Shown: positions 17,745 to 27,400 of the stretch, piece by piece
Position numbering within the stretch: position 1 is the stretch's first letter
Layout: the number at the start of each line of letters is the position of its first letter
From: an uncultured Chloroflexia bacterium
GTDB taxonomy: Bacteria > Chloroflexota > Limnocylindria > Limnocylindrales > CSP1-4
Reading direction: 5' to 3'
NCBI GenBank assembly: GCA_963813225.1
Contig: CAWEYB010000001.1
Location: 256,362 to 320,361 of the forward strand
DNA length: 64,000 bases
Notes under the pieces: model-generated
Told to the model about the DNA's origin: nothing
What the model saw: the letters and a program-made list of their open reading frames with translations, nothing else
Database searches by the model: none
Position numbers and translations under genes: made by a program

Positions 17745-19007
17745 ATGGCCGACCAGATCCGTGTCCTCGTCGTCGATGACATCCCAGAGACCCGCGACCA
17801 CCTGACGAAGCTGCTCGGTTTCGAGAGCGACATCGACGTGGTCGGCTCGGCGGCGTCCGGGCGCGAGGCCCTCGAGATGGCCACTCGGCTGACGCCGGAC
17901 GTGGTCCTCATGGACATCAACATGCCGGACATGGACGGCATCGCCGCCACCGAGCAGCTGTCCTCGGCGGTCCCCTCCGCGGCCGTCGTGATGATGTCCG
18001 TCCAGGGCGAGGCCGACTACCTGCGCCGCTCGATGCTCGCCGGCGCCCGGGAGTTCCTGGTCAAGCCGTTCAGCAGCGACGAGCTCACCGCCTCGATCCG
18101 ACAGGTCAGTGCCCGTGAGCGCGACAAGCAGAGCCGCATGGCGGTCATGCCGGTCGCATCGGCCAATGGCTCCGGCGGAAGCGTGCGGACGGGTGAGCCG
18201 GGCGAGCCGGGCCTGATCGTCGCCGTGTTCAGCCCCAAGGGCGGGGTCGGGCGGACGACCGTGGCCGTCAACCTGGCCGTCGCCGCCGCCACGGAGCTCG
18301 GCAAGAAGGTCGTCATCATGGACGCCTCGTTCCAGTTCGGTGACGTCGGGGTCCTGCTCAACCTCAACCCCAAGAGCAAGTCCATCGCGGACCTCCTCCC
18401 CGAGCTCGAGACCGGCGAACCGGACTCGCTCGACACGTTCCTGATCAGCCACACGGCCGGCATCCAGGTCCTGCTGGCGCCGCCGTCGCCCGAGACGGCC
18501 GAGATGATCACCGCGTCCGGGGTCAAGAAGATCCTCGACGCGCTGCGCCGGACCCACGACCTGGTGGTCGTCGACTGCACGGCGTTCTTCAACGACACGA
18601 CGCTGGCCGTCCTCGACGCCGCGGACGTGATCCTGACCATGCTCAGCCTCGAGATCACGAGCATCAAGAACATGCGCCTGTTCCTCGAGGTCGCCGACCA
18701 GCTCGGCTACGACCCGGGCAAGGTGCGTCTCGTCCTCAACCGCGCCGACTCGGCGCTCGGGATCCGCGTCGCAGACGTCGAGCACTCGATCGGCCGCAAG
18801 GTCGACGAGACGATCGTCAGCGACGGTCGGAGCGTGGTGTACGCATTCAACCGTGGAGTACCGTTCTTCCTCTCCAATCGGGAGGCACAGGTATCCCAGG
18901 ACATCCTCCGGTTGGCCCGATCCGTCGTCGGCGAAGGGTCCACCACAGCAACCGTCCCGGCCGACCGGAAGTCGGCCCAGAAGAAGTCGCTCTTCGCATG
19001 GCGATGA
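17745..19007 (+). CDS. cpaE: CpaE/TadZ-type ParA/MinD-like ATPase fused to a canonical receiver (REC) domain
   Basis: Intact 420-aa ORF. REC: VLVVDD, VVLMDINMPDMDG, MMSVQG, FLVKPF. ATPase: VFSPKGGVGRTTVAVNLA. Confidence 0.85.
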   Translation: MADQIRVLVVDDIPETRDHLTKLLGFESDIDVVGSAASGREALEMATRLTPDVVLMDINMPDMDGIAATEQLSSAVPSAAVVMMSVQGEADYLRRSMLAGAREFLVKPFSSDELTASIRQVSARERDKQSRMAVMPVASANGSGGSVRTGEPGEPGLIVAVFSPKGGVGRTTVAVNLAVAAATELGKKVVIMDASFQFGDVGVLLNLNPKSKSIADLLPELETGEPDSLDTFLISHTAGIQVLLAPPSPETAEMITASGVKKILDALRRTHDLVVVDCTAFFNDTTLAVLDAADVILTMLSLEITSIKNMRLFLEVADQLGYDPGKVRLVLNRADSALGIRVADVEHSIGRKVDETIVSDGRSVVYAFNRGVPFFLSNREAQVSQDILRLARSVVGEGSTTATVPADRKSAQKKSLFAWR

Positions 19008-19051
19008 GCGCAGACACAGCAAGCCCGTCGGGGCGAGAAGGGGTGTAGGCG

Positions 19052-20468
19052 ATGTCCCTCCTGAAGCGCATCGAGAGCGCTCGACCGGGAGCCAGCGGAG
19101 CACCGGGGCCGGCGCCCACGGCGCCGAGCGGCAACGTGCCGGCCACGCCGGGTGGCGCGCCGCCCAACACTGGCCACGTCGGGCCGGCTGACCAGCCAGG
19201 CGCCCGTGCGGGAATCATTCCGGGACGTCAAGTTCCGCATCCAGAACCGGGTCATCCAGGACCTGGACCCGAAGCTCGACCTGTCGAACCAGGTCGAGGT
19301 CCGGCGCCAGATCGAGGAGATCTTCGGCAAGGTCATCGACGAGGAAGGCCTCGCGCTGACCCGTGCCGAGCGCGTCCGGATGCTCGAGCAGATCACCGAC
19401 GAGATCATCGGCCTCGGGCCGCTCGAGCCGCTGCTCCGTGACGAGTCCATCACCGAGGTCATGGTCAACGGGCCGCGCCAGGTCTACATCGAGCGCTCCG
19501 GCAAGCTCGAGCTGACCAACGTCGTCTTCCAGAACGACGACCACGTCATGCGCATCATCGATCGGATCATCGCCCCGATCGGACGTCGCGTCGACGAGTC
19601 GTCGCCGATGGTCGACGCCCGCCTCACCGACGGTTCCCGCGTCAACGCCATCATCCCGCCGCTGTCATTGGTCGGCCCGGTCATCACCATCCGCAAGTTC
19701 TCGGCGTCGCCGTTCACGGTCGACGACCTCATCCGTTTCGGGACCGCCACCGCAGACATGTTCGACTTCCTTCGAGCATGCGTGGAGGCTCGCCTGAACA
19801 TCTTCGTGTCCGGCGGCACCGGCTCCGGCAAGACCACGACCCTCAACGTCCTGTCGTCGTTCATCCCGAACGACGAGCGGATCGTGACGATCGAGGACGC
19901 CGCCGAGCTCCAGCTCCGGCAGGAGCACGTGGTCACTCTCGAGTCTCGCCCGCCCAACATCGAGGGCAAGGGCGCGATCCCGATCCGCGAGCTCGTCCGC
20001 AACGCCCTGCGCATGCGCCCCGACCGCATCATCGTCGGGGAGTGCCGCTCGGGCGAGGCGCTCGACATGCTCCAGGCCATGAACACGGGCCACGACGGCT
20101 CGATGTCGACCGGCCACGCGAACTCGCCACGCGACATGCTGTCCCGCCTCGAGACGATGGTCCTGATGGCCGGCGTCGACCTGCCCCTGCGGGCCATCCG
20201 CGAGCAGGTCGCATCGGCGGTCGATCTCATCGTCCAGCAGTCACGGCTCAAGGACGGGACCCGCAAGATCGTCAACATCACCGAAGTCCAGGGCATGGAA
20301 GGTGATGTCATCGTCATGCAGGACGTGTTCATCTTCGAGCAGACCGGCGTCGTCGAAGGCAAGATCCAGGGCCGGCTCAAGCCGACCGGGATCCGGCCCA
20401 AGTTCGTCGAGAAGTTCGAGGTGATGGGGATCAATCTCCCACCCGGCCTGTTCGGGTTCACCTACTAG
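19052..20468 (+). CDS. cpaF: Tad secretion ATPase CpaF/TadA; probable frame break about 19150-19185. Alternatively the gene starts at GTG 19152.
   Basis: Walker A GGTGSGKTT, Asp box, Walker B RPDRIIVGECRSGEA and His box TGHDGSMSTGHAN. The N-terminal MSLLKRIESARPG piece lies in a different frame. Confidence 0.9.
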
Positions 20469-20494
20469 GCCCGCGGGAAGGAGCTGTCGACGCG

Positions 20495-21509
20495 GTGGAT
20501 ACCATGGCGCTCGCGGTCGCAGGCGTCGCCGCTCTGGCGATCGTCCTGATCGCGATCGGCGTCGCGACTTCCGGCGGAGGAGGCATCTCCGATCGCCTGG
20601 AGCGGTACGCCTGCCAAGCCGACGGAGGTCCAGAAGACCTCCTCGTCGGGTCAGGGTGGCGTGGCCGAGCTGATCGCCCAGAGCGCGACCCTCAACAACC
20701 TCAACCGGGTCGTCGAGCAGCGCGACTTCGGCGCGAACCTCGCGCGCGACATCGCCCGGGCGGACCTCAAGCTCAAGCCATCCGAGTTCCTGCTCATCTG
20801 GGCCGGGTCGGTGGTCGGCATCCCGTTGGCGATGCTGGTCCTCTCCCCGATCCTGCCGGCGCTCGGCAACCCCCTGTTCCTGCTGATCGGCGGGTTCGTC
20901 GGGTTCCTGCTCCCGCGCTTCTGGCTCGGCCGTCGCAAGGCGGGTCGGCTGGGGGCCTTCAACAAGCAGCTTCCTGACACCATCACGCTCATCGCCAACG
21001 CCCTCCGGGCCGGCTCATCGTTCCTGCAGGCCATCGAGCTCGTCGTGCGCGAGTCGCGGCCGCCGATCTCGACCGAGTTCGGGCGCGTCATCCGCGAGGT
21101 CAACCTTGGCCTCCCGTTCGACCAGGCGCTCGAGAACATGGTCCGGCGGGTGCGCTCCGACGACCTCGAGCTGATGGCCACCGCGATCAGCATCCAGCAC
21201 CAGGTCGGCGGCAACCTCGCCGAGATCCTCGACTCGATCGCGTACACCATCCGCGAGCGCATCCGGATCCAGGGCGAGATCCGGACCCTGACGGCGCAGC
21301 AGCGCCTGTCCGGCTACGTCGTCGGGTTCCTGCCGATCGGCCTGGCGGGCTTCCTGTTCATCGCCGCACCCGGCTTCATGAAGCCGATGTTCGACAATCC
21401 GCCGGAGATCCTCGGTCTCCCGGCGGGCGTGGTCATCCTGATCTTCGGCGGTTTCATGATGTTCATGGGCTTCATGTTCATCCGCAAGATCGTCGACATC
21501 GAGGTCTAG
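20495..21509 (+). CDS. tadB: Tad pilus platform protein TadB (T2SSF family); one frame break near 20612
   Basis: N-terminal TM piece MDTMALAVAGVAALAIVLIAIG..DRLERYA, then ORF 20661-21509 with LPDTITLIANALRAGSSFLQAIE and C-terminal transmembrane helices. Confidence 0.85.
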
Positions 21510-21512
21510 ACG

Positions 21513-22450
21513 ATGCCCATCCTTGCGATCGTCGTCGCTGCCCTCGCGGCCGGCGCCATCCTGCTCATCGTCATCGGGCTTGCCGGCATCATCGCCGGTG
21601 GACCCCGTCCAGGCTCGGCTGACCCAGCTCGGGTCGATGCAGGCCAAGAACCTCGAGGAGCTCGAGCTCCAGCAGCCGTTCATCGAGCGGACGCTGCGCC
21701 CGCTGGCGAACCGGCTGTCCGGGCAGCGTCGCGCGCGTCACCAGCTCGTCCTTCAGCGAACGGACCGAGAAGCGGCTCGCGCTGGCCGGCAACCCCGGCG
21801 ACCTCCGCGTCGCCGACTGGCTCGGCATCAAGGCGATCGGCGCGATCGTCGGCGCGATCCTGTTCTTCTTCCTGTTCGGGATCGTCGGCCTCATCGGGCT
21901 CCCGTTCGTCATCGGCGGCATCCTCATGCCGCTGGTCGGCGCGCTGTTCGGCTACACGGCTCCGGAATTCTGGCTCGGCCGCCGGGTCAAGAAGCGCCAG
22001 AAGGCGATCCTGCTGATGATCCCGGACGCGCTGGACCTGCTGACCATCTCCGTGCGTGCCGGCCTCGGCTTCGACGCCGCGCTGGGCAAGGTCGTCGAGA
22101 AGCTGCAGGGCCCGCTGTCCGACGAGTTCCGCCGGGCGCTGGCCGAGGTTCGGGTCGGCAAGGCGCGCCGCGACGCGCTGCGCGACATCGTGCCGCGGAC
22201 CGAGGTCGTGCCGCTGACCAACTTCATCGGCGCGATCATCCAGGCCGAGCAGCTGGGCGTGTCGATCTCCAAGGTGCTGCAGGTCCAGTCCGAGCAGCTC
22301 CGCATCGAGCGCCGCCAGCGCGCCGAGGAACAGGCGGCCAAGGCGCCGATCAAGATGCTGTTCCCGCTGGTCGGCTGCATCTTCCCGTCGCTGTTCATCG
22401 TCATCCTCGGGCCGGCGATCATCCTCATCGTCGAGAACCTCAAGGTCTAG
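21513..22450 (+). CDS. tadC: Tad pilus platform protein TadC (T2SSF family); two frame breaks (about 21600 and 21730)
   Basis: MPILAIVVAALAAGAILLIVIGLAG, then VQARLTQLGS...FIERTLRPLANRLSG, then ...IPDALDLLTISVRAGLGFDAALGKV..IIQAEQLGVSISKVL. Confidence 0.85.
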
Positions 22451-22474
22451 CCCGGTCCGGGCACCGAGCACTCG

Positions 22475-22868
22475 ATGACCGCGCCGCTGCGCGCCCGCAA
22501 TCTCGACCGCCAGACCGAGCTGGCCACGCGGCTCGAGGTCGCCGATGGCCTATGGAGCCGAGTTCATGGGCCTGATGGGCCGTCCCACCCTGGAGCCGGA
22601 CACCGGGCTGTGGCTGACCGGGACGAACGGCATCCACATGATGTTCATGCGCTTCGCGATCGATGCCGTGTTCCTCGCCAAGCCGGACCAGGCGGGCGAC
22701 GAGGCGCGCGCCGTCCTCTCGGTCCACCGCGGACTGCGTGCCTGGACCGGTCTCGTGCCGCTGGTCCGTGGCGCCAACGGCGTCCTCGAGCTGCCGGTCG
22801 GGACCATCGAACGCAGCGGCACGGCCGTCGGCGACCGGATCGCGCTGGAGCCTGCCACAGCCGGCTGA
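22475..22868 (+). CDS. DUF192 family protein; one frame break near 22555
   Basis: RLEVADGLWSR.., then GLMGRPTLEPDTGLWLTGTNGIHMMFMRFAIDAVFL. This matches the DUF192 pattern (R.GLMgR...iH..fM.f.iDv.f). Confidence 0.6.
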
Positions 22869-22910
22869 AGTGAGCCGCGGTGAAGCGGCGCCGGCCATCA
22901 TCGACACGCG

Positions 22911-23605
22911 ATGGCGGCCATCCGGCGGCTGACGGCCGCGACCCTCGATCTCGCCTTTCCGGCGCTCTGCTCGGGCTGTGGCCGGGAGGGCCCGCCCCTC
23001 TGTCCCGACTGCCTGCCCGAGCTCGACGCCCGTCTCGGGTTGCCGGGCGGCACGCCGCTCGGGCTGCCCGCCGATATCCCGGCGCCACTCCTGCAGCTCG
23101 ACTGGTGCGCGCCGTTCGCGGGCGCCGTCCGACACGGGCTCCACGACCTCAAGTACAAGGGCGAGCGCCGCCTGGCCGAACCGTTCGGGGCGGCCGTCGC
23201 GCGACGGTGGGCGCGGGTCGGATCGGGCGCCCAGGTCGCTCGTGCCCGTCCCCGTCCACGCGGACCGGGAGCGGCAGCGCGGCTACGATCAGGCGGCCCT
23301 GATCGCGGAGGTGGCGGCCCGCGACCTCGGTCTGCCCGTCGGTCCGCGCGCTCGTCCGCCGGCGGGCGACGATCGCCCAGTTCGAGCTCGGCCGCCACGA
23401 GCGCGAGGCCAATGTCGCGGGTGCGTTCGAGGCTCGGGCCGGGCGGGAGGACGGTCGCGGGCCCGGGGCGACTGTGGTCGGTCGCTGGGTGCTGCTGGTC
23501 GACGATGTGGTCACCACCGGGGCGACGCTGGCGGCCTGCGCGACCGCGCTCCGTCGTGCCGGTGCCGTCGCTGTCAGTGCGATCGCGGTCGCCCGGGAGC
23601 GATGA
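22911..23605 (+). CDS. comFC: ComF-family protein (ComFC-like phosphoribosyltransferase-fold, N-terminal Zn finger); 2 frame breaks
   Basis: FPALCSGCGREGPPLCPDC, LVPVPVHADRERQRGYDQAALIA and VLLVDDVVTTGATLAACATALRRAGA in three frames. The stop is at 23603-23605. Confidence 0.7.
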
Positions 23606-23722
23606 TCTCCGGAGGAGGCGGGCCGGGGAGGCGGCGTATACTCGGTCGCAGGCGGTCCACGACGCGACACTCGCACCGCCGCGGCGGGACCAGAACGGGC
23701 GACCAAGGCCCGGGGGGTTCGC

Positions 23723-24415
23723 TTGAGGACGATCGTCAAGGGCAAGAATGCCGAGGTCCCGGAGCGTGTTCGCGAGTACGCGGAACGCAAGCTCAAACGG
23801 ATCGACCGGCTGCTCGACGATCAGACCGATGCCACGGTCGAGCTCTGGAGCGAGCACCACAAGAGCGCCGCGACCTCGCACGTCGCCGAGCTGACGCTGA
23901 TCGTCCACGGCCAGGCCCTGCGCAGCCGCGCGACCGGCACGAGCTACCAGGAGGCGCTCGACGACGTCGTCGACAAGGCGGAGCGCATCGCGGTCGGCTA
24001 CAAGGAGAAGCCGCGGTTGCGCGCCCGGCCCGAGGAGGAGAAGCAGATCCTCCGTCGTCTCGCCGACGGCTCGGCCGGCCCTGGCCGCGAACCGCGCATC
24101 GTCAAGGTCAAGCGCTTCGCCATCGAGCCGATGTTCGAGGAGGACGCGGTCGCGGCGATGGAGGAGCTGGGCCACCAGTTCTTCGTCTTCGTGAACGCCG
24201 AGACCGAACGGGTCGCCATCCTCTACAAGCGCCAGGACGGCGACTTCGGCCTCATCGAACCAGCCATCGGCGGCGACTACACAAAGGGCCGCCCCCGAGC
24301 CTCCGACCCCCCACAAAAGCCGCCTCCGCCCGTTCCTGACACTCGAACTCGACAGCGGGCGTCGGCTCGTGGTCGTCGGACGCACCGACGCCGGCGCGGC
24401 AGGCGCTTCCGTTAG
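23723..24415 (+). CDS. hpf: Ribosome hibernation promoting factor, long form (TTG start). The last 50 or so Arg/Pro-rich codons may be read-through.
   Basis: N-terminal domain IVKGKNAEVPERVREYAERKL...; C-terminal dimerisation domain IVKVKRFAIEPMFEEDAVAAMEELGHQFFVFVNAETERVAILYKRQDGDFGLIEP. Confidence 0.8.
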   Translation: MRTIVKGKNAEVPERVREYAERKLKRIDRLLDDQTDATVELWSEHHKSAATSHVAELTLIVHGQALRSRATGTSYQEALDDVVDKAERIAVGYKEKPRLRARPEEEKQILRRLADGSAGPGREPRIVKVKRFAIEPMFEEDAVAAMEELGHQFFVFVNAETERVAILYKRQDGDFGLIEPAIGGDYTKGRPRASDPPQKPPPPVPDTRTRQRASARGRRTHRRRRGRRFR

Positions 24416-24435
24416 GCGCAGCGCCGTAGGAGGCG
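24401..24435. repeat. Intergenic repeat element, copy A (28-nt core tccgttaggcgcagcgccgtaggaggcg)
   Basis: The core at 24408-24435 is identical to 33130-33157. The flanks (aggcgc..., gccggc...) are also similar. Confidence 0.7.
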
Positions 24436-24501
24436 ACAGTCGCGTCGACGACCGGGCGGCCGCGGCGCTGGTCCCGGGCGCTCGCGTCGTACCATCGCCG
24501 A

Positions 24502-25475
24502 ATGCTTCCCGACGGACGACGCCTCGGTGCCCACCTGCCGCTCGGCAACGGGATGGTCCGCGCCGTCGACCGCGCCAACGAGATCGGCGCCACCGCGCTG
24601 CAGATCTTCACCGACAACCCGACCGCCTGGCGGCGGCGCGCGAACCCGCCGGCCGAGGCCGAAGCGTTCCGCGCGAGGCTGGTCGAGTTCGACATCCGGC
24701 CGATCGCCGTCCACGCCTCGTACCTGGTCAACCTCGCCGGGCCGGACGAAGACGCGTTCGGACGGTCGGTGGGCGTCCTCGCCTCCGACCTCCGGACGGC
24801 GCCCGGCTTCGCCGCCCGGTACGTCAACGTCCACATCGGCTCGCACCGCGGTGCCGGGGTCGAGTTCGGGACGCAGCGCCTGGCGGACGGGCTGGCCCTC
24901 GTGCTCGCCGAGGTCGATGGCGGGCTCGACGCTCCGGCGATCATCCTCGAGAACTCGGCGGGGAGCGGCTTCGGACTCGGCACCGACGTCGCCGGTCTGG
25001 CCGCCATCGCCGAGGCGGCCGCCGCTCGTGGCATCGCCCGTGACCGCCTGGGGTTCTGCATCGATACGGCGCACGCCTGGGCCGCCGGCATCGACCTGTC
25101 GGAGCCGGACGCGATCGACGCCTTCCTCGCCGACTTCGATGCGCGGATCGGGCTCGATCGCCTGGCCATGATCCACTTCAACGATTCCAAGAGCGAGCGC
25201 GGCTCGCATCTCGACCGTCACGAGCATCTCGGGGCCGGCCGGATCGGGGCCGGCGGGCTCGGCCACCTCCTCCGCCATCCCTCGCTGGCCCGCGTCACCT
25301 ACTACCTCGAGACCCCCGGGATGGACGAGGGCTACGACGCGGTGAACCTGGCGCGGGCCTATGACATCGCCGCCGGCCGGCCGCTCGCCGACCTGCCGCC
25401 CGAGGCGCTGGAGATGGGCGGCAGCCGGGCACGCACCGGGCCACCGGTCGGTCGCCGCCGGACGACACGGAGTGA
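24502..25475 (+). CDS. nfo: Endonuclease IV (AP endonuclease, TIM barrel); probable frame break near the 3' end
   Basis: GAHLPLG...ALQIFTDNP..HASYLVNL..VNVHIGSH..ILENSAGSG..CIDTAHAWAAG..HFNDSK..DRHEHLG. In the current frame the ORF runs on to 27255. A TGA at 25473-25475 in another frame forms a GTGA overlap with the next gene. Confidence 0.8.
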
Positions 25476-27154
25476 CGACCCCGACCACGGCTCAGGGCAG
25501 TCGCTGGCTGGCCCTCATCCCGATCGGCCTGCTGGTCGTCGCGTCCATCCTGCGTCTGCCGGACCTGGCGACCCGCGGCACGTGGGACGCCGACCAGGGC
25601 CACGACATGCTCGTGCTCCGCGCCTTCGTCCGCGACGGGGTCGTGCCCTTGCTCGGACCCCCGACGTCGCTCGGAGACGTGCACCACGGTGCGCTCTACT
25701 ACTACCTGCTCGCACCGGCGGCGTTCCTGACCGGGGGCGATTCGCCGCTCGCGGTCGCGGCCCTCATCGCGCTGGCGGGGATCGCGGCCGTTCTCGTCAC
25801 GTGGTGGCTGGCACGATCGATCGGCGGGCCGGTGGCCGGGCTCGTCGCCGGCCTGGCGATGGCGGTGTCCGCCTCGGCGGTCGACGAGTCGACGTTCATC
25901 TGGAACCCGAACCTGATCGCGCTGTCGAGCTCGATCGCGCTCGCGGGTGCGTGGTACGCCTGGACGACCGGGCGCCGCCGCGGGTGGGTGATCGCGGCGG
26001 TCGGGACCGCGGTGACGATGCAGTGCCACGTGCTCGGCGTGACGCTGCTGCCGGTGGTCGCAGCACTCCTCGTGGCCGATGCGCGCCGGCGGCCGCCGGG
26101 CGCAGAACGACGTGTGGTCTGGTGGACGGGCCTGGCCGGGCTCGGCATCATCGCCCTGTCGTTCCTGCCGCTGGTCGTGCACGAGCTGACCAACGACTTC
26201 TCCGAGGTCCAGGCCGCGCTCGATTACCTGCGCGGCGGCGGAGTGCCCGCGGCGAACGGACCGTTGGTGAGCTTCCTCGTCATCGGCGCTCGGGTCCTGT
26301 CATGGCCGATCGTCGGGTTGCTGACCGATGCCGGCTGGGTCGCCCTCGTGGCGGTCGCGGTCGTGATCGGCATCACCGTCTGGACCGCACGCGTGGGCAC
26401 GCTCCGCGAGCGACAGGCCGCCCGCTGGCTCGGGCTCGGGCTGCTGTGGACGGCCTTTGCGCTGACCTTCCTGTCGCCCAGCCTGGCCACCATCATCCCC
26501 GACCTCCCGAACGACCACTACCACGCGTTCGCCGACCCGATGGTCTTCACCCTGCTCGGCATCGGTGCGGGCGCACTGTGGCGGCTGCGAGCGCCCTGGA
26601 GGGCGGAGCCGGACGCCGGGGGCGTCGCCCAGCGGGCCGGGCGCGCCGCCCCGACCGCCGCGGACCCCGACCCCGCCTCGGATCGTCGGTCCGTGCCCGT
26701 CGGGCCGGTCATCGCCGTCGTCGGGGTGGTCGCCATCCTTGCGTGGAACGTCGCCCGCCAGCCACCGGCCGTCCATCCCGACGGTGGCTTCCCGGCCGCC
26801 GATGCCGCGGCGGCGAGGATCATCGGCGTAGCCGACGGCGATCCGATCACCCTCGTCTCGCTGCCCGGCTTCAAGTCCACCGAAGCCTACGGCTATCCGC
26901 TCGTGCGGGCCGGGGCGGAGGTCCGAACCGCGACCGGCGGCGATCCCGATGCCGTCCTCGATGGTGTCGTGGTCGTCATCTGCGACTCCCGGTTCGAGGT
27001 CGCGATCGGGGCGCCGTGCGGCGGGCCGGCCGAGGCGACGGTCGCACCGGCCGATCGATTCGGGCAGCCCGTGGACCGGTTCGTGGCCGCCCCCGGCCGG
27101 ACGATCTCGGTCTACCGGCCGGGCGTCGTGGCGTGGTCGGCCCCAGCCGACTGA
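25472..27154 (+). CDS. PMT_2/ArnT-family (GT39-like) membrane glycosyltransferase
   Basis: Intact from GTG 25472. WDADQGHDMLVLRAFVRDG..HHGALYYYLLAP, many transmembrane segments and a C-terminal soluble domain. Confidence 0.7.
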   Translation: MTTPTTAQGSRWLALIPIGLLVVASILRLPDLATRGTWDADQGHDMLVLRAFVRDGVVPLLGPPTSLGDVHHGALYYYLLAPAAFLTGGDSPLAVAALIALAGIAAVLVTWWLARSIGGPVAGLVAGLAMAVSASAVDESTFIWNPNLIALSSSIALAGAWYAWTTGRRRGWVIAAVGTAVTMQCHVLGVTLLPVVAALLVADARRRPPGAERRVVWWTGLAGLGIIALSFLPLVVHELTNDFSEVQAALDYLRGGGVPAANGPLVSFLVIGARVLSWPIVGLLTDAGWVALVAVAVVIGITVWTARVGTLRERQAARWLGLGLLWTAFALTFLSPSLATIIPDLPNDHYHAFADPMVFTLLGIGAGALWRLRAPWRAEPDAGGVAQRAGRAAPTAADPDPASDRRSVPVGPVIAVVGVVAILAWNVARQPPAVHPDGGFPAADAAAARIIGVADGDPITLVSLPGFKSTEAYGYPLVRAGAEVRTATGGDPDAVLDGVVVVICDSRFEVAIGAPCGGPAEATVAPADRFGQPVDRFVAAPGRTISVYRPGVVAWSAPAD

Positions 27155-27367
27155 GACGGCTCGTCGGCGCGACTCCCGGGCGCGCACGAGCCGTGGCGAT
27201 GTTCCTCCCAGGCACACATCTCGGATATTCGAGCGTCGTCGACGACCGAATCTGACAGGAATCGCACGAATCCGAGGTCGACCACGCTCAAATATGTCGA
27301 TCGCGTGCCTGACAGGAACATCGAGGGCGGTCGCGATGCCGCACGCGGCCAACTCCGCGGGGGAATC

Positions 27368-27400
27368 GCGAACGCCGGCGCCCCAGACGCCGGCGTTCGC
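27368..27400 (-). terminator. Strong hairpin downstream of the XRE gene (13-bp perfect stem, 7-nt loop, no U-tract)
   Basis: gcgaacgccggcg-ccccaga-cgccggcgttcgc, about 55 nt past the stop at 27454. Confidence 0.35.

Noticed and set aside
27252-27318. ctgacaggaa direct repeat read as a pair of -35 boxes
   Set aside because: No acceptable -10 lies at the right spacing on either strand. I kept it only as part of the unassigned-interval note.
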